Assembly: GCF_002105155.1 (NCBI RefSeq)
Contig: NW_019028979.1
Location: 1,178,001 to 1,242,000, forward strand
Source: Lobosporangium transversale
Lineage: Eukaryota
Length of the DNA stretch: 64,000 nucleotides
Direction: 5' to 3'
Shown here piece after piece: positions 37,800-50,960 of this stretch. The notes beneath the pieces are model-generated. The model made no database searches and had not been told where the DNA came from. It saw only the letters and a list, made by a program, of their open reading frames with translations. Position 1 is the first letter of the stretch. Each line of letters starts with the position of its first letter. A program made the translations under genes and the position numbers.

Positions 37800-40700
37800 T
37801 TATTTTTTATATTTCTCAAGGCTCCAGGTGTATTGTTCATCGAGTAAGACGGTTAAAGTTCGATCAAGTTTCGATCGTGGTGGTTGTGCGAACAATATGT
37901 TCTCTAGAGCTCTGAAACGGGTGCAAGGTGAAACAGAGGAGAAAGTAGTTTCGAAAGCATCCATCCAGTCTTTAGGATCCTTGCAAGATAGTATCAGCGT
38001 CGTTAATTTCTCTACGGTTTTTTTCATAAATTCTATCCAGCACATCGATCGATGAATATCCTCCTTGAAAGGTTGATCCACTAACAGCTTGAAAACCCTG
38101 AGTTGCTCTGATTGGTTGATCACAGCACTTAGATCCTCTAGTATGCTCTCATCCACATTCAAGACTGTCAAAAAAAGCTCCTCCAGGCGTGGGCGAAGAG
38201 GCGAATTTAGCGGAAATAGAGATAATGCCGGCGTTGGTGTGGATAGTGACAGCAACAGGGACGATGATGGCGATGGCGAAGACGAAGACGCTGATGATGA
38301 CGATGATAGTGTTGGTGATGATGATAGGGACGAGGGTAAGATTTGAGAGACAGATTCCAGCAGTGCTGTGGAATGGGCAGCCATCCATTGAGGACCGTCG
38401 ATCTTTAACTTTGTGAGCTTAGAGCCATATCTCTGGATCAAATGGAGCATGGGCCCTTTATATACATTTATTTGCAGAAGCTCTAAACACACCGCCTCTG
38501 GATCCATAATGTCTGCTGTGTAAAGCTGATTGCTGCCGCGGTAAAGGCAGACTCTTTTCAAACTTGTCGATAGTCCTTTTGTATCCATGATATTTTCTGT
38601 GACGCCACGTCGGACCGTAGTATAAAAACTGTGAAACTCTGATACATAGCAACAAACCCTAAGGTCCGTCAAAGTATTACTCCTACAGATAAGCTTCAAC
38701 AAGAGTTCGCCATCACCCTGGAAGCTGGTGCGCGAAGTAATATGGAGGTATCTTATAGGGCTACCGCTTTCGAAGAGAGAGCTATAAGGGCCAAGACTAG
38801 GGATGACAACGTCCATATCAGTAATGACCTGCCCATGTTCTAAGCTGGTCGTTAGCTTTTCAACCTTGCTCGCCCTAATGGTAAGCCTTTCCAGCACAGG
38901 GCAACACTTCAAGGCCGTAAGTCTGATGGCTTGATACGTCTCATAGACTTTGGTGCTTGTGGCTAGCATCAGCTCAATGAGGTGAGGGCTAGCTGAAAGT
39001 AGCTCAATGATCCTCGACGAGTTGTTGCTCCATTCGATTTCGTCGGAAATAGATAGGGATTGTAGTTGATTCATGTAGACAGGTGAGCTGACTTTTGTAA
39101 AAAATCCCGAGTAACGCTGGAGTGAGAAAGAGCTCAAGCGTGGGTTTGATATCATTTGCCAGATAGGGTTCGCTCGTTTTGATCGGCTGAACATCTCCGT
39201 AGGCGCAGTGGATGCTGTGCAAGCAAGACGGAGGATCGCAATGCTGGAATGGCTAATGGCGTCCCGAAGAACTTTGGCTTCTGAAAAGCTAATATTCCAG
39301 TCTAGGGTGAGGTTGAGCTCCAGGATCGACCGCGTCCTCTCCAGTGCCTTGTAGAACTGTGTGGCATCGACAGCTGATGTCAGCGTTATAGTAACTCGAC
39401 CATAGTGTTCTTCAAATGCGCCGCCATCGATTGCTGCAAGGATTTGAAGCTCCTTGATAGCTGCGCTATTATAACGGTTGTAATAATGGTCCAAACATAT
39501 CCATCTGGTGAAGCCCTCACTTGTTGGAACTCTGTATAGATTTCCCAATGCTTCACTTTTTTGTTTTTCGCTCAATATGATAAATGATCGTAATTTACTG
39601 AGCATATTCTTTCGCTTGCCATGTGCCCCCGCCAGCTGTTGCTGCGGTCCGCTGACGTAAGTCTGAGAACCGTTTTTAGTAGCCCATGATTGTAGGAATT
39701 CGATAGCACGATTTACCGAAGACTCGAGATTACTCCCATCGACGTCCTTGGCCATCTTGGCTGCGCCACTGCTGCTGAAGCTGCTGCTACTATCATCCCC
39801 AGCGTATGTAGCGAGTGATGGAATGGTACATTCATCCGTGACAATGCCGTACTTGAGCACCTGAAGTAATACAAGGGTATATTGACCAAACTCTTGAAAA
39901 AATCCGAAGGGGTTATCCAGGTCATAGCCTTCATGCTCTGCTACATGGATATGGTGCGATAGCCAACCACCTTGGCTTTGGTCTTGGCCACTAGTTATTG
40001 TGTTTTCGCTAGCACTACAGGCGGAGGTACAATAGGGGGATTCACCACCGCTGAGGTTGTCGTTACTATTGAGATTGCTGGAGCCCCAGGCGAACCTCTT
40101 GTTGCTTCCGCTAATGGGACTATAGCTGCTTTTGGTAATAGGCCTGGCAAGACTTCCAGTACCTTCGCTATCGCTGCTGGCGTTGCTGTTGTTATATAAG
40201 CATGCCTGTATGGTTTGTTCCCCACATTCACAAAGGAAATACAATCGAAAATCTTCTGGCCTTAGCGCTTGTCCTTCACCACTACTGTGGTTCTGTGGCA
40301 ATGAAGTGCTTTTTGGTAGAACGATAAACAGTCTAGGACCAGGGTTCTCGTGTAGCTCGACATCGTTGTAATGAAAAAGAATATCCCAAGCATTGTTTTG
40401 GATTGTGATAAGCCTTCCAATAGACTCAATTTGTATCTGTTTAATCGTTTGTTGCATTTGAAGCAAGCGATATTGCAGACCTTGATGCTGAGCCATTGCC
40501 AACCTCAAAAAGTCAAATTGCCACCGGAAGTCTTTGCCTGCTGTATTGGCTTGCTCCATTCGGCCAGCATCGGAGTAACGTATAAAAGATTCATAAAAAG
40601 ACAAGGATTTTAAATATTGTGTTTTGAGTTCCTCATTGGGTAAGGCCGAAGGAAAGTCGGAAGCCTCAAGGGAAAGAATGTGTGCATCAATAATGGAAGT

Positions 40701-41392
40701 AGAGTAATTATGCTGATTGGATGATTGCAGGTTAATATTCTCTTCATCAAATATCGGCAAGTGACTCTGTGCATGGGGGTGCAATGGCGGTATGACCGTG
40801 TGAAGAATGGAGTGAATAGTGCCTTTATGTAGCAGCTGACATGACTCAAATCTTGCTTTGCTCTCGTGGTGAGGGGATATAAGCACAGTGGGAGAGGGAG
40901 GAGAGGAGTAGCTGGATTGGCACGAAGAAAGGAGCAATTCAATAGCCTTCGCATTCCTGACATGCCTTTGACTGGGTATCCGCATCGGCAACTGTAGGTC
41001 AGACCTGAGTACGACCTCCAAGGTTGTCTTGGGCAGGTAACGGACGCGCAGCGGTATCAACCTAATGTTCCCCATCCCACCCAAACGAAGAAAGTACTTT
41101 TAATGATTTCGCTGTGATCCTTGACTGCAGCAGTGGTGTTTCCTTTGCTAAGCGGACAATTGTTGTCGAGATGTTTCTATTACCTATTCCCATCACCGTC
41201 AACCATGAATCCAAGCGAACGCTTTCCGCATTGTAGCCGAATAGCCCCTGGAAAAATATCTTCTACATCCTGAAGTAAGACATAGGGCTGTCCTTTAGTC
41301 TGCTCTGTTCCCTCTCGGGCTTCAACTTCAACTGTCTGGCAATGAAGTCGCACAGTTTGCCAAAGCCCATTGCTGAAACCATAATGTGCCAT
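37800..41392 (-). CDS. Header + helical + Cys/His core + LRR-like protein, paralogue 1 (about 1156 aa)
   Basis: Exons 41392-41184 and 41061-37800; motifs PRLFIVLP, FRLYFLCECG, HIHVAEHEGYDL, LGNLYRV...RWICLDHY; repeated LxxLxL strands at the C-terminus. Confidence 0.85.
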
Positions 41393-42705
41393 ACTAGGGA
41401 TGACAAATAAGAAGAGGGAGGGCAAATAGGCAAGCCAGAGCACTGTATGTATTGAAGAAAGATGGGGGGATCAAGAAAGAAAGGGCAGAAGCAGGACGAG
41501 TGAACAAAAAAGAAAAATATTCAAAAGAAGAGTGTTTATTGATATATCGTCAAAACTAGGATGGTTGGGAGACAAAAAAAAAAAGCAGGAACCGATGGCG
41601 AGCCCAAGGGGAAATCTGAGCGCCAAAGCAGAACACTATGCACAATCTAGACGACATTCACGCAATTGCCAATTAAGATAAGCACAAAATGCATAATTGA
41701 CCCTTATTCTGGCACACACTGTTTGTTTTGCTCACTTTTTTATTGTATTTTTTACTATTACAACAAATGCAACACAAGCATTTTCCTACCGCTTGTTAAA
41801 TCTTGCATGTCCACAATGTCGTACAGAATTAATACTCGGGATGTACAAAATGATGTTGCTCCTGGGAATTTTTTCTGTCTGGTAGCATAATCTGGCAGTA
41901 TAAATACACATGGTGTACCAGTGCATGATACAGAAGCTTTTTGTTTGTTTGTTTGTTTTGACTTGGTAGCCGCCACTTTCGTGCTGTTCCATTGATTTCA
42001 TTTTTCTCACGGCTATAAAAGCGTACAAAGGGGTGTTGGCGGGACAGGAAAATAATAATGAAATAAATAATCAGCTAGAGCATGCTTAGCTAGCCTAGAG
42101 AATACCAGTTGAGATGCATTTCAAGTACCGCAGCTGTCCACGCCCATTTGAGAGACCACTTAATCTTCATGACAAGGTAGATGACTGGGGCATTTGTTTA
42201 GGACGCAACTGATGGTTTAAATGTTGCATCTAGCCTGAACAGATTGTTTGTGGTCCTATCAACATAAACCAATTATGCTTCAGACACAGCATACCGCTAT
42301 TTTATCGGCTTCTTCTGCTTTAAATTGGTCGTGGACCACATGTACATCGTTTCGAAGGCTCTTTAATGGTTGTGGCGCCTTCACTAACGAGACCAGCATC
42401 AAGAGAGATTACCTTTATGGCTCCTTGAATTAAGGACACGAAGGATTTGATTTATCAGTTGGAGTTTATCGCTCATAATTTCATGACTAGTCATTGATGG
42501 AACGAATGAGTCGCCTTCGTCAAGAATCCATATGACCTTTTTAATATAGTAATGCAACTAGGGCCTATACAGCGATTAAACTTGAATCGCAGCCTTATCA
42601 TAAGTAATAAGTCCTGTAGGAAGGGTTTGCTAGCTCGATAGACGGGTCCTTATTTCACTTCATCATTCAGGTGCTTTATTAGGTACAGTTATTTTTCATA
42701 AGGAA

Positions 42706-45700
42706 TCATGAAAAAGAATTTCTACTCTGTGTTTCTTCATTCACCATCCCAGTGTGCATGAGCTTTAGGAATACGTCGTTTTGGGTGATGTGCGTGGATT
42801 GTTCAAATGTTACATTTTCAAGGGCTTCAAACCGGTGAGCCCCAAATGCATTCACCCAGTCGTCGCCATTCGGTTGCCATATCACCAATGACGTGATCTT
42901 GTCACTAACTGACTTCATGAATTCAATCCAATGCATCGACCGATGTACATCTGTTTTAAATGGCCGGTCCATTGTGATATGATATTCCTTTAGTTGCTCC
43001 GAGTGTTTGACTACTACAGCTAAGTCTTCTAGCATGCTCTCGTCCACTTCTCCAACAGCCTGATACAGATGTGTCAAGCTAGGGCGAAGAGGTGCATCCC
43101 CGATAGCCTGCGAAGACTCATCCGATAATGACGGCAACCTTGCTGATACTCTTTCTATCAACAGTGACGCTCTTGTGATTGACTCTAGAAAGGCGGCTGA
43201 GTGTGCTGCTTTCCATTGTGGTCCGTTAATTCTAAGCTTTGTGACCTTTGAGCCAAACCTGTCGATCAGTTGAAGTAAGGCTCCTTTATGTACATTTAGT
43301 TGCAACAGCTCTAAAGTGACTGCCTCTGGATCTATGATGTCTGTCGTGAATAGCTGGTTCTCTCCACGATACAGACACACCTTTTGAAGGCTCGGGGATT
43401 GGTTCATATCCTTGGTCTCCATGACGGCACGTCGGATAGAATCATAGAAGCTGAGAAATTCGGAAACATAGCACCAAACCTTGAACTCTGACAGTGCGTT
43501 GTTCCGGCGAATGAGCTCTAGAAATACCTTGATATCAGCTGTATAGCTAGCTCGGGAACTGATATGGATGGAGGTAATACAGACTATGTTGTCAAAGAGG
43601 CGGCTGTGGGCTCCAATGCTTGGGATGACTACCTCCATTCCAACCAGCACTTGTCCATGCTCAAGGTAAGCTACTGTCTTTTCATCCTTGCTAGCCTCCA
43701 CAGTAATCTTAGACAGAAGTGGGCATCTCTTTAAAGCTTCCTGTCGAATGATATGGTAGGCCTCATAGATTTTCGTGCTGACTAAAGTCAAGTCGGTAAG
43801 CTCTGGACTCATCGCTAGTAGCTCGACGATCCGGAGCTTATCTTTGCTCCAGTCAACCTCCTCACCCAATTTAAGCACCCGAAGCGCATTCTTGGGGACA
43901 TCAGACATGATTCGTCTGTAAAGGCCAGAGTATCCACAGAGTGAGAAGGAGCGCAGCCTTGGGAGCGACATGATCTGCCAGAATGGCTCCGCTCGCTTGT
44001 TTCGATTGAGCATCTCTCCGGCAGAATTAGAAGCTGTACAATTAAGCTGCACAATAACAGCGCTCGATCGAGTAATAGCATCTCGTAAGGCCTTTGCATC
44101 TGTGAAGCTGAGCTCCCATTTAAGTGTTATTGCGAGTTCCTGAACCGATCTCACTCGTTCCAGTGCTTTATAGAACTGACTGGCATCCGATGGTGTCGTA
44201 AGAGAGATTTCAATTCTGCCGTAACGTTCTTCAAATGAGCCGCCCTCGATTGCTACCAGGACTTGAAGCTCCTTGATAGCTGTGCTATTGAAGTTGTCAC
44301 GGTAATGGTCTAAGCAGATCCATCTTACATACCCTTCATCCGTTACGACTCTATAGAGATTGCCCAGGATACTTTTTTCATTCTCTGTTTTCAAGTAATC
44401 CTTCAGTTGTATCAGCTTATTGACATCCAATCGCACCTTTGGATACAGTGCTGCCTCAAGGCGCCGCTCAGAGCCACTGAAGTTATTATTGTGGTGGCCA
44501 TCGTTATTGGTACTGGATTGACTATGAAGATCGGCCCAACTCTGCAGGAAACTTATAGCCTGTTCGACTGCAGACCCCAAATTACTTTCGATAGAGGCCC
44601 TGCGCCCTTTGGCATTATCGCTAATGCTGGCTTGCGAAGGTACAAGTGCCGGGACGGTGAAATCCTCAATGCTGACCCCGTACTTGAGCATCTCCAGTAG
44701 GCTGAGGACATAGTGCCCGTAATTTTCTAAAAACTCTATTGGTCTGTCCAATTCATATCCTTCATGTTTTGCAAGATGGATGTGCTGCGGTAGCCACCCA
44801 CTGCCGCTATTACGTCCGCCGCCATTACTGAGCGTGGTGCTAATACTGGCACTTCCATTGCCACTGCAACTACTGTTGATACTACTTGTACTCATTGTGA
44901 ACTTTTTCATTATCCCAGTCAAGGGGCTACCGGGACTGCTGCTGATCTGATCGTCAGCACTGCTATGAAATCCAGCCTGTGTGGTGTGATCTCCGCATTC
45001 ACACAGGAAATAGAGTCGGAACTGGTTTATTGTCGAAGGCGCTTTATCCTGAATGATATCATTTGGCAAGATGATGAATAATCGTGGAGTTGGCTGTAGG
45101 TGTATTTCTATATTATTTGACAAGATAGCACGAATGCGTTGTTGTATGTAGGTGAGCCGCTCCACTTTTTGCTCCTGAAGAAGCTGTATACTCTGCTTCA
45201 TATCGACCATGATGTCTTGGACATCTAGATGGTTGACCATAATAGGCCGGAGGGTCTCGAAGTGCAGCTGAAAGTCCTGATCTATTGCATCAGCCATTTC
45301 TGTTTGTCCCGCATGTATGTGCTCCAAATAGGACTGATAAAGTAACACAGATTGGCGATATTGTGAAAGGATTTCTTCATCATCATCTGATATTGATTGA
45401 GGGACATCTGTGATGCTTGGGACAGGTATTGGCGCTGTAATTGCATTAATGGCAGAATAAATAGACAGGTGCTCATGTGGCCTGAAGGGCGATAAAGTTG
45501 TGGGCGAGGATGGCAGCTCCATCGATTGTTGCAATTGTCGTCTAAGCATCAACTCCTGTTCAAGCCCCCATTGTTTCTGCAATTGCGAGACTAATCCTTG
45601 TTTGACTTGAAGAGGCTGTTTGTCCAATTGCCACATGGATGAAAACTGAAGCGAGATATCTTGTCTTCGTTCCGGTTGCCTCTCTATTGGTTGCCATTGT

Positions 45701-46311
45701 GGCGGCAGAGGTAACTGTGGTGACTGTGGGGATGAAGGAGATACCGTACCCAGTTTTGGATTAAATATGTTGCTGTCGCTGCTGAGGCGTCTCAGCTGGT
45801 CTGGTAAATATAAATTTCTTTCAATAAGCCGATATGGTTTATCAGAATGACGGGGTGGCAATGCCATTTCCGCTGCAAAACGTTCGTGAGCTTTGCTGTG
45901 ATACGCCGCAGATGGCGGTGGAGATTGTGATGTTGAGTTATTAGATGCTAATACGGCTTCAAGGGTTTCTCCTGGCATATATGGGACTCGAAGCGGCTGC
46001 AGTCTTGTCCAACATAGAGTAATTTTGATATCTTGTTAGTCACATTAGCAGCGACATTAACAAGTTTTACCCGCGCAAAAAAAAAAAAAAAAAAAATTGT
46101 CTATGCTAGTTCTGCGCTACCTGTTTCCATCATCATTGACCATGAATCCCAGCACACGCTTGCCAACCTGCAGTCGCACGACGCCCGGAAAGACCTCATC
46201 GACGTCTTGGAGCAGCACAAATGCCTCACCGTTTGTCTGTGTCGTCCCTAAGCGGGCTTGTACGTCAAAAGTATGCTGTCCTAGTTGTACAGTTTGCCAT
46301 AGCTTTGTCAT
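42706..46311 (-). CDS. Header + helical + Cys/His core + LRR-like protein, paralogue 2 (about 1162 aa)
   Basis: Exons 46311-46121 and 46003-42706; colinear with paralogue 1 and with the same intron position. Confidence 0.88.
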
Positions 46312-47344
46312 ATGTGTTAGGTTGTGAAGAGATTAAATGGAATAAGAGAGGGGACGAAGGTGAGAACGAGAATAATAGAAAGAGAGTATTTTCGATTACA
46401 GAGGAGATATTGCTGGATGAACTAGTAATTGAACTACGGGCACCTTGGAAATTATGGCTGAGGGGGGAGAAAGAAAGGAGAAGGCAGGGGAGAAGGCAGG
46501 GAAGAAAGAGAGAAATGGGTCCAGAAGAAAGCAATTGAGAAACAACAGTGCTCTTCATTAGCCTTCGCCCTCCGGATGATTTTTTTTTTTTTTTTTGTTT
46601 GTGTATTTTGTACATGTACATGTATTGTTTGACTGGTTTTTGTTTGCACCACCGCACGCAAAAAGAAGAGAGATGTTTGTCAATCTGTCATCCATCTGTG
46701 AGTTGACGGCATGGCAATCAGTCCTCTAGGGGCATGACTGTTGACGCATGTCTATTCCATCCAATAAATCTTTTCTTTTTTGCACAAAATATTTTGTGCG
46801 ACAAAGTTGCATAAACAAATATGAAACGCCAGGAGAGGGTAAAAAAATATTTGAATAAAAAATAGGTTGGAATGCTGTTATTTTGTTGTTGCTTCACACT
46901 CATTACTGGCCCCCGCATGCCTGGAACCAGACATCAGCAAGTAGCCGAGATCATCTGTCAGCCAGTTTATTTTAGACTTCTGTTATTTCTATCAATGACA
47001 TGGACGCGCGATTTTTTTAGGGGGGAAGCCTGTTTCTTATTTCGCTGCGCCACAGAGATCCATATTTGGCTTCGCCTATATTTATAAGAACTAGTATTTA
47101 TTTGGCCATCAGCATAATTTCTAGTTACAAAGAGAGGTGGAGACTTTAGGAAGAGATGGTTTTTCATAAGCACCAGCCTTTTTAAAAAGGGAAAAAAAAA
47201 AAAAAAAAAAAAAAAAACTCCCCGCTCTCAATGGCCTAGAGTCAAGAAAGCATAAATACAAGGAACGGGCTCAGCATTATTTGAATGGATGTGTTTGTGT
47301 CTGTGTGTTTTTTATTTTTTGGTAGTGACCCTTTTTTGTGCTCT

Positions 47345-48372
47345 TTATTCTTCATACTGCTGATATTGCTGTTGCATTTTGATCATCTTGAGTCGCATTT
47401 CAAGGATGCGCTGCTGGATATCTAACAAGCGTGGAGGCATGCCAGACTCTAAGATTTGGGACTGACGCCTAAAGTCTTCCAGGATCGCATCGGCTTGTTG
47501 AAATAGACCTGCTCGCATGTGTTGTTTAAACGACTCGTACAACATCGTCGATGCACGATACCGAGCTTTCAGTTCCTGATCTGAGGATGTGGTGATAAAT
47601 TCTGGGATCTCAGCCGTCCTGCGCTCTACTGGACCAGATTTCGACGTCGGTGGTGACGTTGACATTGGTACTGTTGATACAGGCACAGTTGGTGCTACAG
47701 AATTAGGATCGAGGCCTACCAACTGAGAGTAAATAGAAGTATGGGTGTGTGGTTTGAAAGGAAGTTCGTCTGTATCGGCAGGTATCTGCATAGGTTGCTG
47801 CATTTGTCGCCGGAGCTCGAGTTCGTGTTGCAGTTGTGGGTCGTACATGAAATCGGAATGAATAGAGGATTGTGATTGGCGTGATATTGAACGATGTAGA
47901 GCGCGATCAGCATGACGAGGACGAGTCGGAGGAGGGGCTATTGGTTCTGGTGCATCTGTATAATCGTTATGCATGGTTGTTGAAGGCTTGTGTGCACTAA
48001 ATCCCTGGACGACCTGCATCACAATATCTGGTGCGTATGGAACTCGTAGTGGCAATAATCTGATAGATTACAATAGAAAGAGGATGTTCATGAATGATCT
48101 TACTCTTAATACTTTACTGGACAGCTTCATACACGGATACTTTTGTAAAAGGCACATTGAGCAGTTACTTACCTATTTCCATCTGCATCAACCATGAACG
48201 AAATCGCGCGTTTGCCATACTGCAGCCGCACTACTCCAGGGAAGATGTCCTCGACGTCCTGGAATAGAACAAATGCTTCACCATTGGTCTGAGATGTACC
48301 AGGTCGGGCCTCTACCTCGAAAGTCTCGTTCATCGACTGAACACTTTGCCAATACTTTGCCGTTGGTGACAT
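47345..48372 (-). CDS. Truncated paralogue 3 (about 304 aa): header + helical region only
   Basis: Exons 48372-48173 and 48059-47345; header nearly matches paralogue 2 (QTNGEAFVLFQDVEDIFPGVVRLQ); stops at QQYEE*. Confidence 0.85.
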
Positions 48373-49454
48373 TTGGATGTGTGAGGGTAGTAGTTCTCAA
48401 GAAAGGACGCAAATAAAGTCGAAAGGAAAAGAGAAAAGGTGTATGCAAACGGCTGAAAAGAAGTGGTGGATTAGAGACTTTAGTAGGTATTGGAGATATG
48501 GAGTATGTGTAAATAAGTGTAGTGTGAAGGTGCTTATAAGTGTGAAGGAAGGGTATAGGTATAGGAAAGAACTGGAGAATTTGTATTTAAAGGCAATGCG
48601 AGGGCGTAAATAACAAAAAAGAGAGAGGAAGTGCTTGAAAGAGAAAGGAAAGCAAGATGGAGGAATGAAGTTCCTATTTAAATATATCAAACCCGCCGCA
48701 TAGAGTATAAGCAGGAGTATTCGTATGCGGAGCTCGGCAAATGAAGGTGTCTGACCAATAAATCTCCAGGGATTTGTAGTAAGTAACGTCGCCTCATTTT
48801 ACTTTTGTGTTTAGCCCCTTCCTCTTGCAGTTGGAATTTGTTGTCGAGTGATGGTTGTTGTGCTCCGTAATCCCACCGTGTGTGTTTGCCACCTTAATCT
48901 CTGGCGCACGTTCCTAAAGAACACTCCCGGGGGTACAAAAATCTCTGCCCCTGATTTCAGATTTTGTTGCGACAGTGGAAAACATTAAAGTTAAAAAACC
49001 TTGGGCGTGCACATCGATCAACATGGGAAAAGGCAACAAAGAAGGATAAGACGATGCACAAGCGTTTCATGAATTAACTTTCACAGCGTAGAAATCCTTG
49101 AAACACGGAGTAAGAAGATGCAAAAAAGGCTCTTGAAGGGGCCCGTTACTTCTATTTGTATGTTCAGCTCCTTCCGTTAACAAAGTAAGGCATTCACAAC
49201 CGTAATAGGAGACACAAGTGCTCGCTATTTTCTTTTTAAGTTCTTATGTTGTAATAATGAAAATAGGTGCCGATTGAAGCGATGCTAAAAAAAGGAAGGA
49301 TGAATTTATTATTCTTCTTCTGGGGATATGGTCCAGCCAGCCACTTTGCGAATGAAGCAAAAAAATCAACAAATGTTCCTCGCCTCTTTCATGTTTTTTA
49401 TATTTTTATATTTTTTATTTTTTTATTCCTTGTCCTCTCAAATGTTACCGGCTT

Positions 49455-50784
49455 TTAGCCTGCGGAGCCATATTGACTCCCAATTATGCGATCCTCCCCT
49501 TGAACAGCGGATGATTCCCTATACTGTCTCTGCTCTTGATCTTCCTGTCGTAACCCTTGCAAAAGTCGTTGGGAGTGCTCAGTCCTGTATAACTGTTCAA
49601 CCTCATTATCACGAGGCAACTGCAACCATAGCACAACTGTTGCAGCCAATGCAAGGATCTAGTGTTTACAAAAGTATGGAGCGGAGGAAAATGTCATTCT
49701 ACTGTGCATAGTCCCATAAATACATACCAAATAAATCAAAATTGTAAATCGCAAATCGAAATAATAACCATAAATAAATGAACAAATAAACAAATAAACA
49801 AATAAACAAATAAACAAATAAACAAATAAACAAATAAACAAATAAACAAATACAAATAAACAAAAAACCACAGCAGTTCCTGAATTAGCATTTTACCTGC
49901 AAGAACTGGGTTCCACCAGTGACTGAGAGCAATGAAGCTTCATGACGCAGATACGATTCTCGAAGTCGCTCTTTACACGGGACAGTGTATCCGAATGCGG
50001 GAGAGACTCGACAAGTGACGCTTGGGTCCTTGGGCACAGCGCGATCATCCACAGAAGCGAATCCGCAACAATGAAAGCGAGTCTCAAGATCCTGAAGCAA
50101 TAAAGGGTCTCGGTCATACGCTCTCTCCCATGCTTTGTCCAAAATTAAATCAACCTATTAGAAAAGAAGCGTATATAACTTTTCTATTCTTAAAATGTAG
50201 AAATGACACAAAAATGAGTATCGAATGTGCTAAGGGCTATAGCTTCTAATTAACGTTACCCTGTCATGTTGTGTGAGGGCAAAGATGATGAGACCAAGCT
50301 GAAGTAAAACTAAAAATGATACGAGGACACCATACTTTTTTTGAGAAAAAAAATATCTTGATCAGCAGTCTACATCTGATTTTGATCAATGCCACATCAC
50401 CTTTCACACATCAAACTATTTTGACTCATAAAAAACATACGATAGCGAGGGTCCGCTTCGAGCCAGACAACGCTGCTGCGCACCCAAGCATTGAGATTAA
50501 CAAGATAATGAGGCTCAGGATAATTAAAATCCAAGAAAGCGCCTCAGACTCAATAAGGACGCGTGTGCTGTCAGAAAGGCCAAAGATCCCAACTGCAGTT
50601 AAGCCCACGCTTGATACCTGTCAAAATCCGAAAAGGTTTTCGTCTTTGTTTTGATGAACATCAAAAAGAGATATCGGTTCAATAATGTATCAATTTTTAT
50701 GCTTCTCTCTTTTACCATTGCAACAACATTCAGTCCCAGAATGAAGAGCCTAGCGGGATACTGGTAGAGGCGCGTATGGTTCAT
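49455..50784 (-). CDS. Tetraspanin-family protein
   Basis: Five exons; four hydrophobic segments, SMLGCAAA, and a large loop with FHCCGF plus two further Cys. Confidence 0.85.
49770..49862. repeat. (AAATAAAC)n octamer tandem repeat in a tetraspanin intron
   Basis: About ten visible units. Confidence 0.9.
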
Positions 50785-50960
50785 CGTAAATCAAGAAAGA
50801 GGAATTTTGGGTCTGTTACGATTACTAAACTAGGATATTATGATATGAAGAAAAAAAAAGGATGCCTGCTGAATGATCTTGCAAAGTATTATAATTCTGA
50901 CCCCAACTGCGCCTGCCACGTGCCAACCATACACCCTTTTGTCTTTTTCATATTTATTAT

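Noticed and set aside
37800..46311. Canonical NLR (NACHT/NB-ARC) or full Roco call
   Set aside because: No Walker A/B or GTPase motifs are visible in either long paralogue.
49770..49862. CRISPR-like or telomeric array
   Set aside because: Simple spacerless intronic octamer repeat in a eukaryotic gene.
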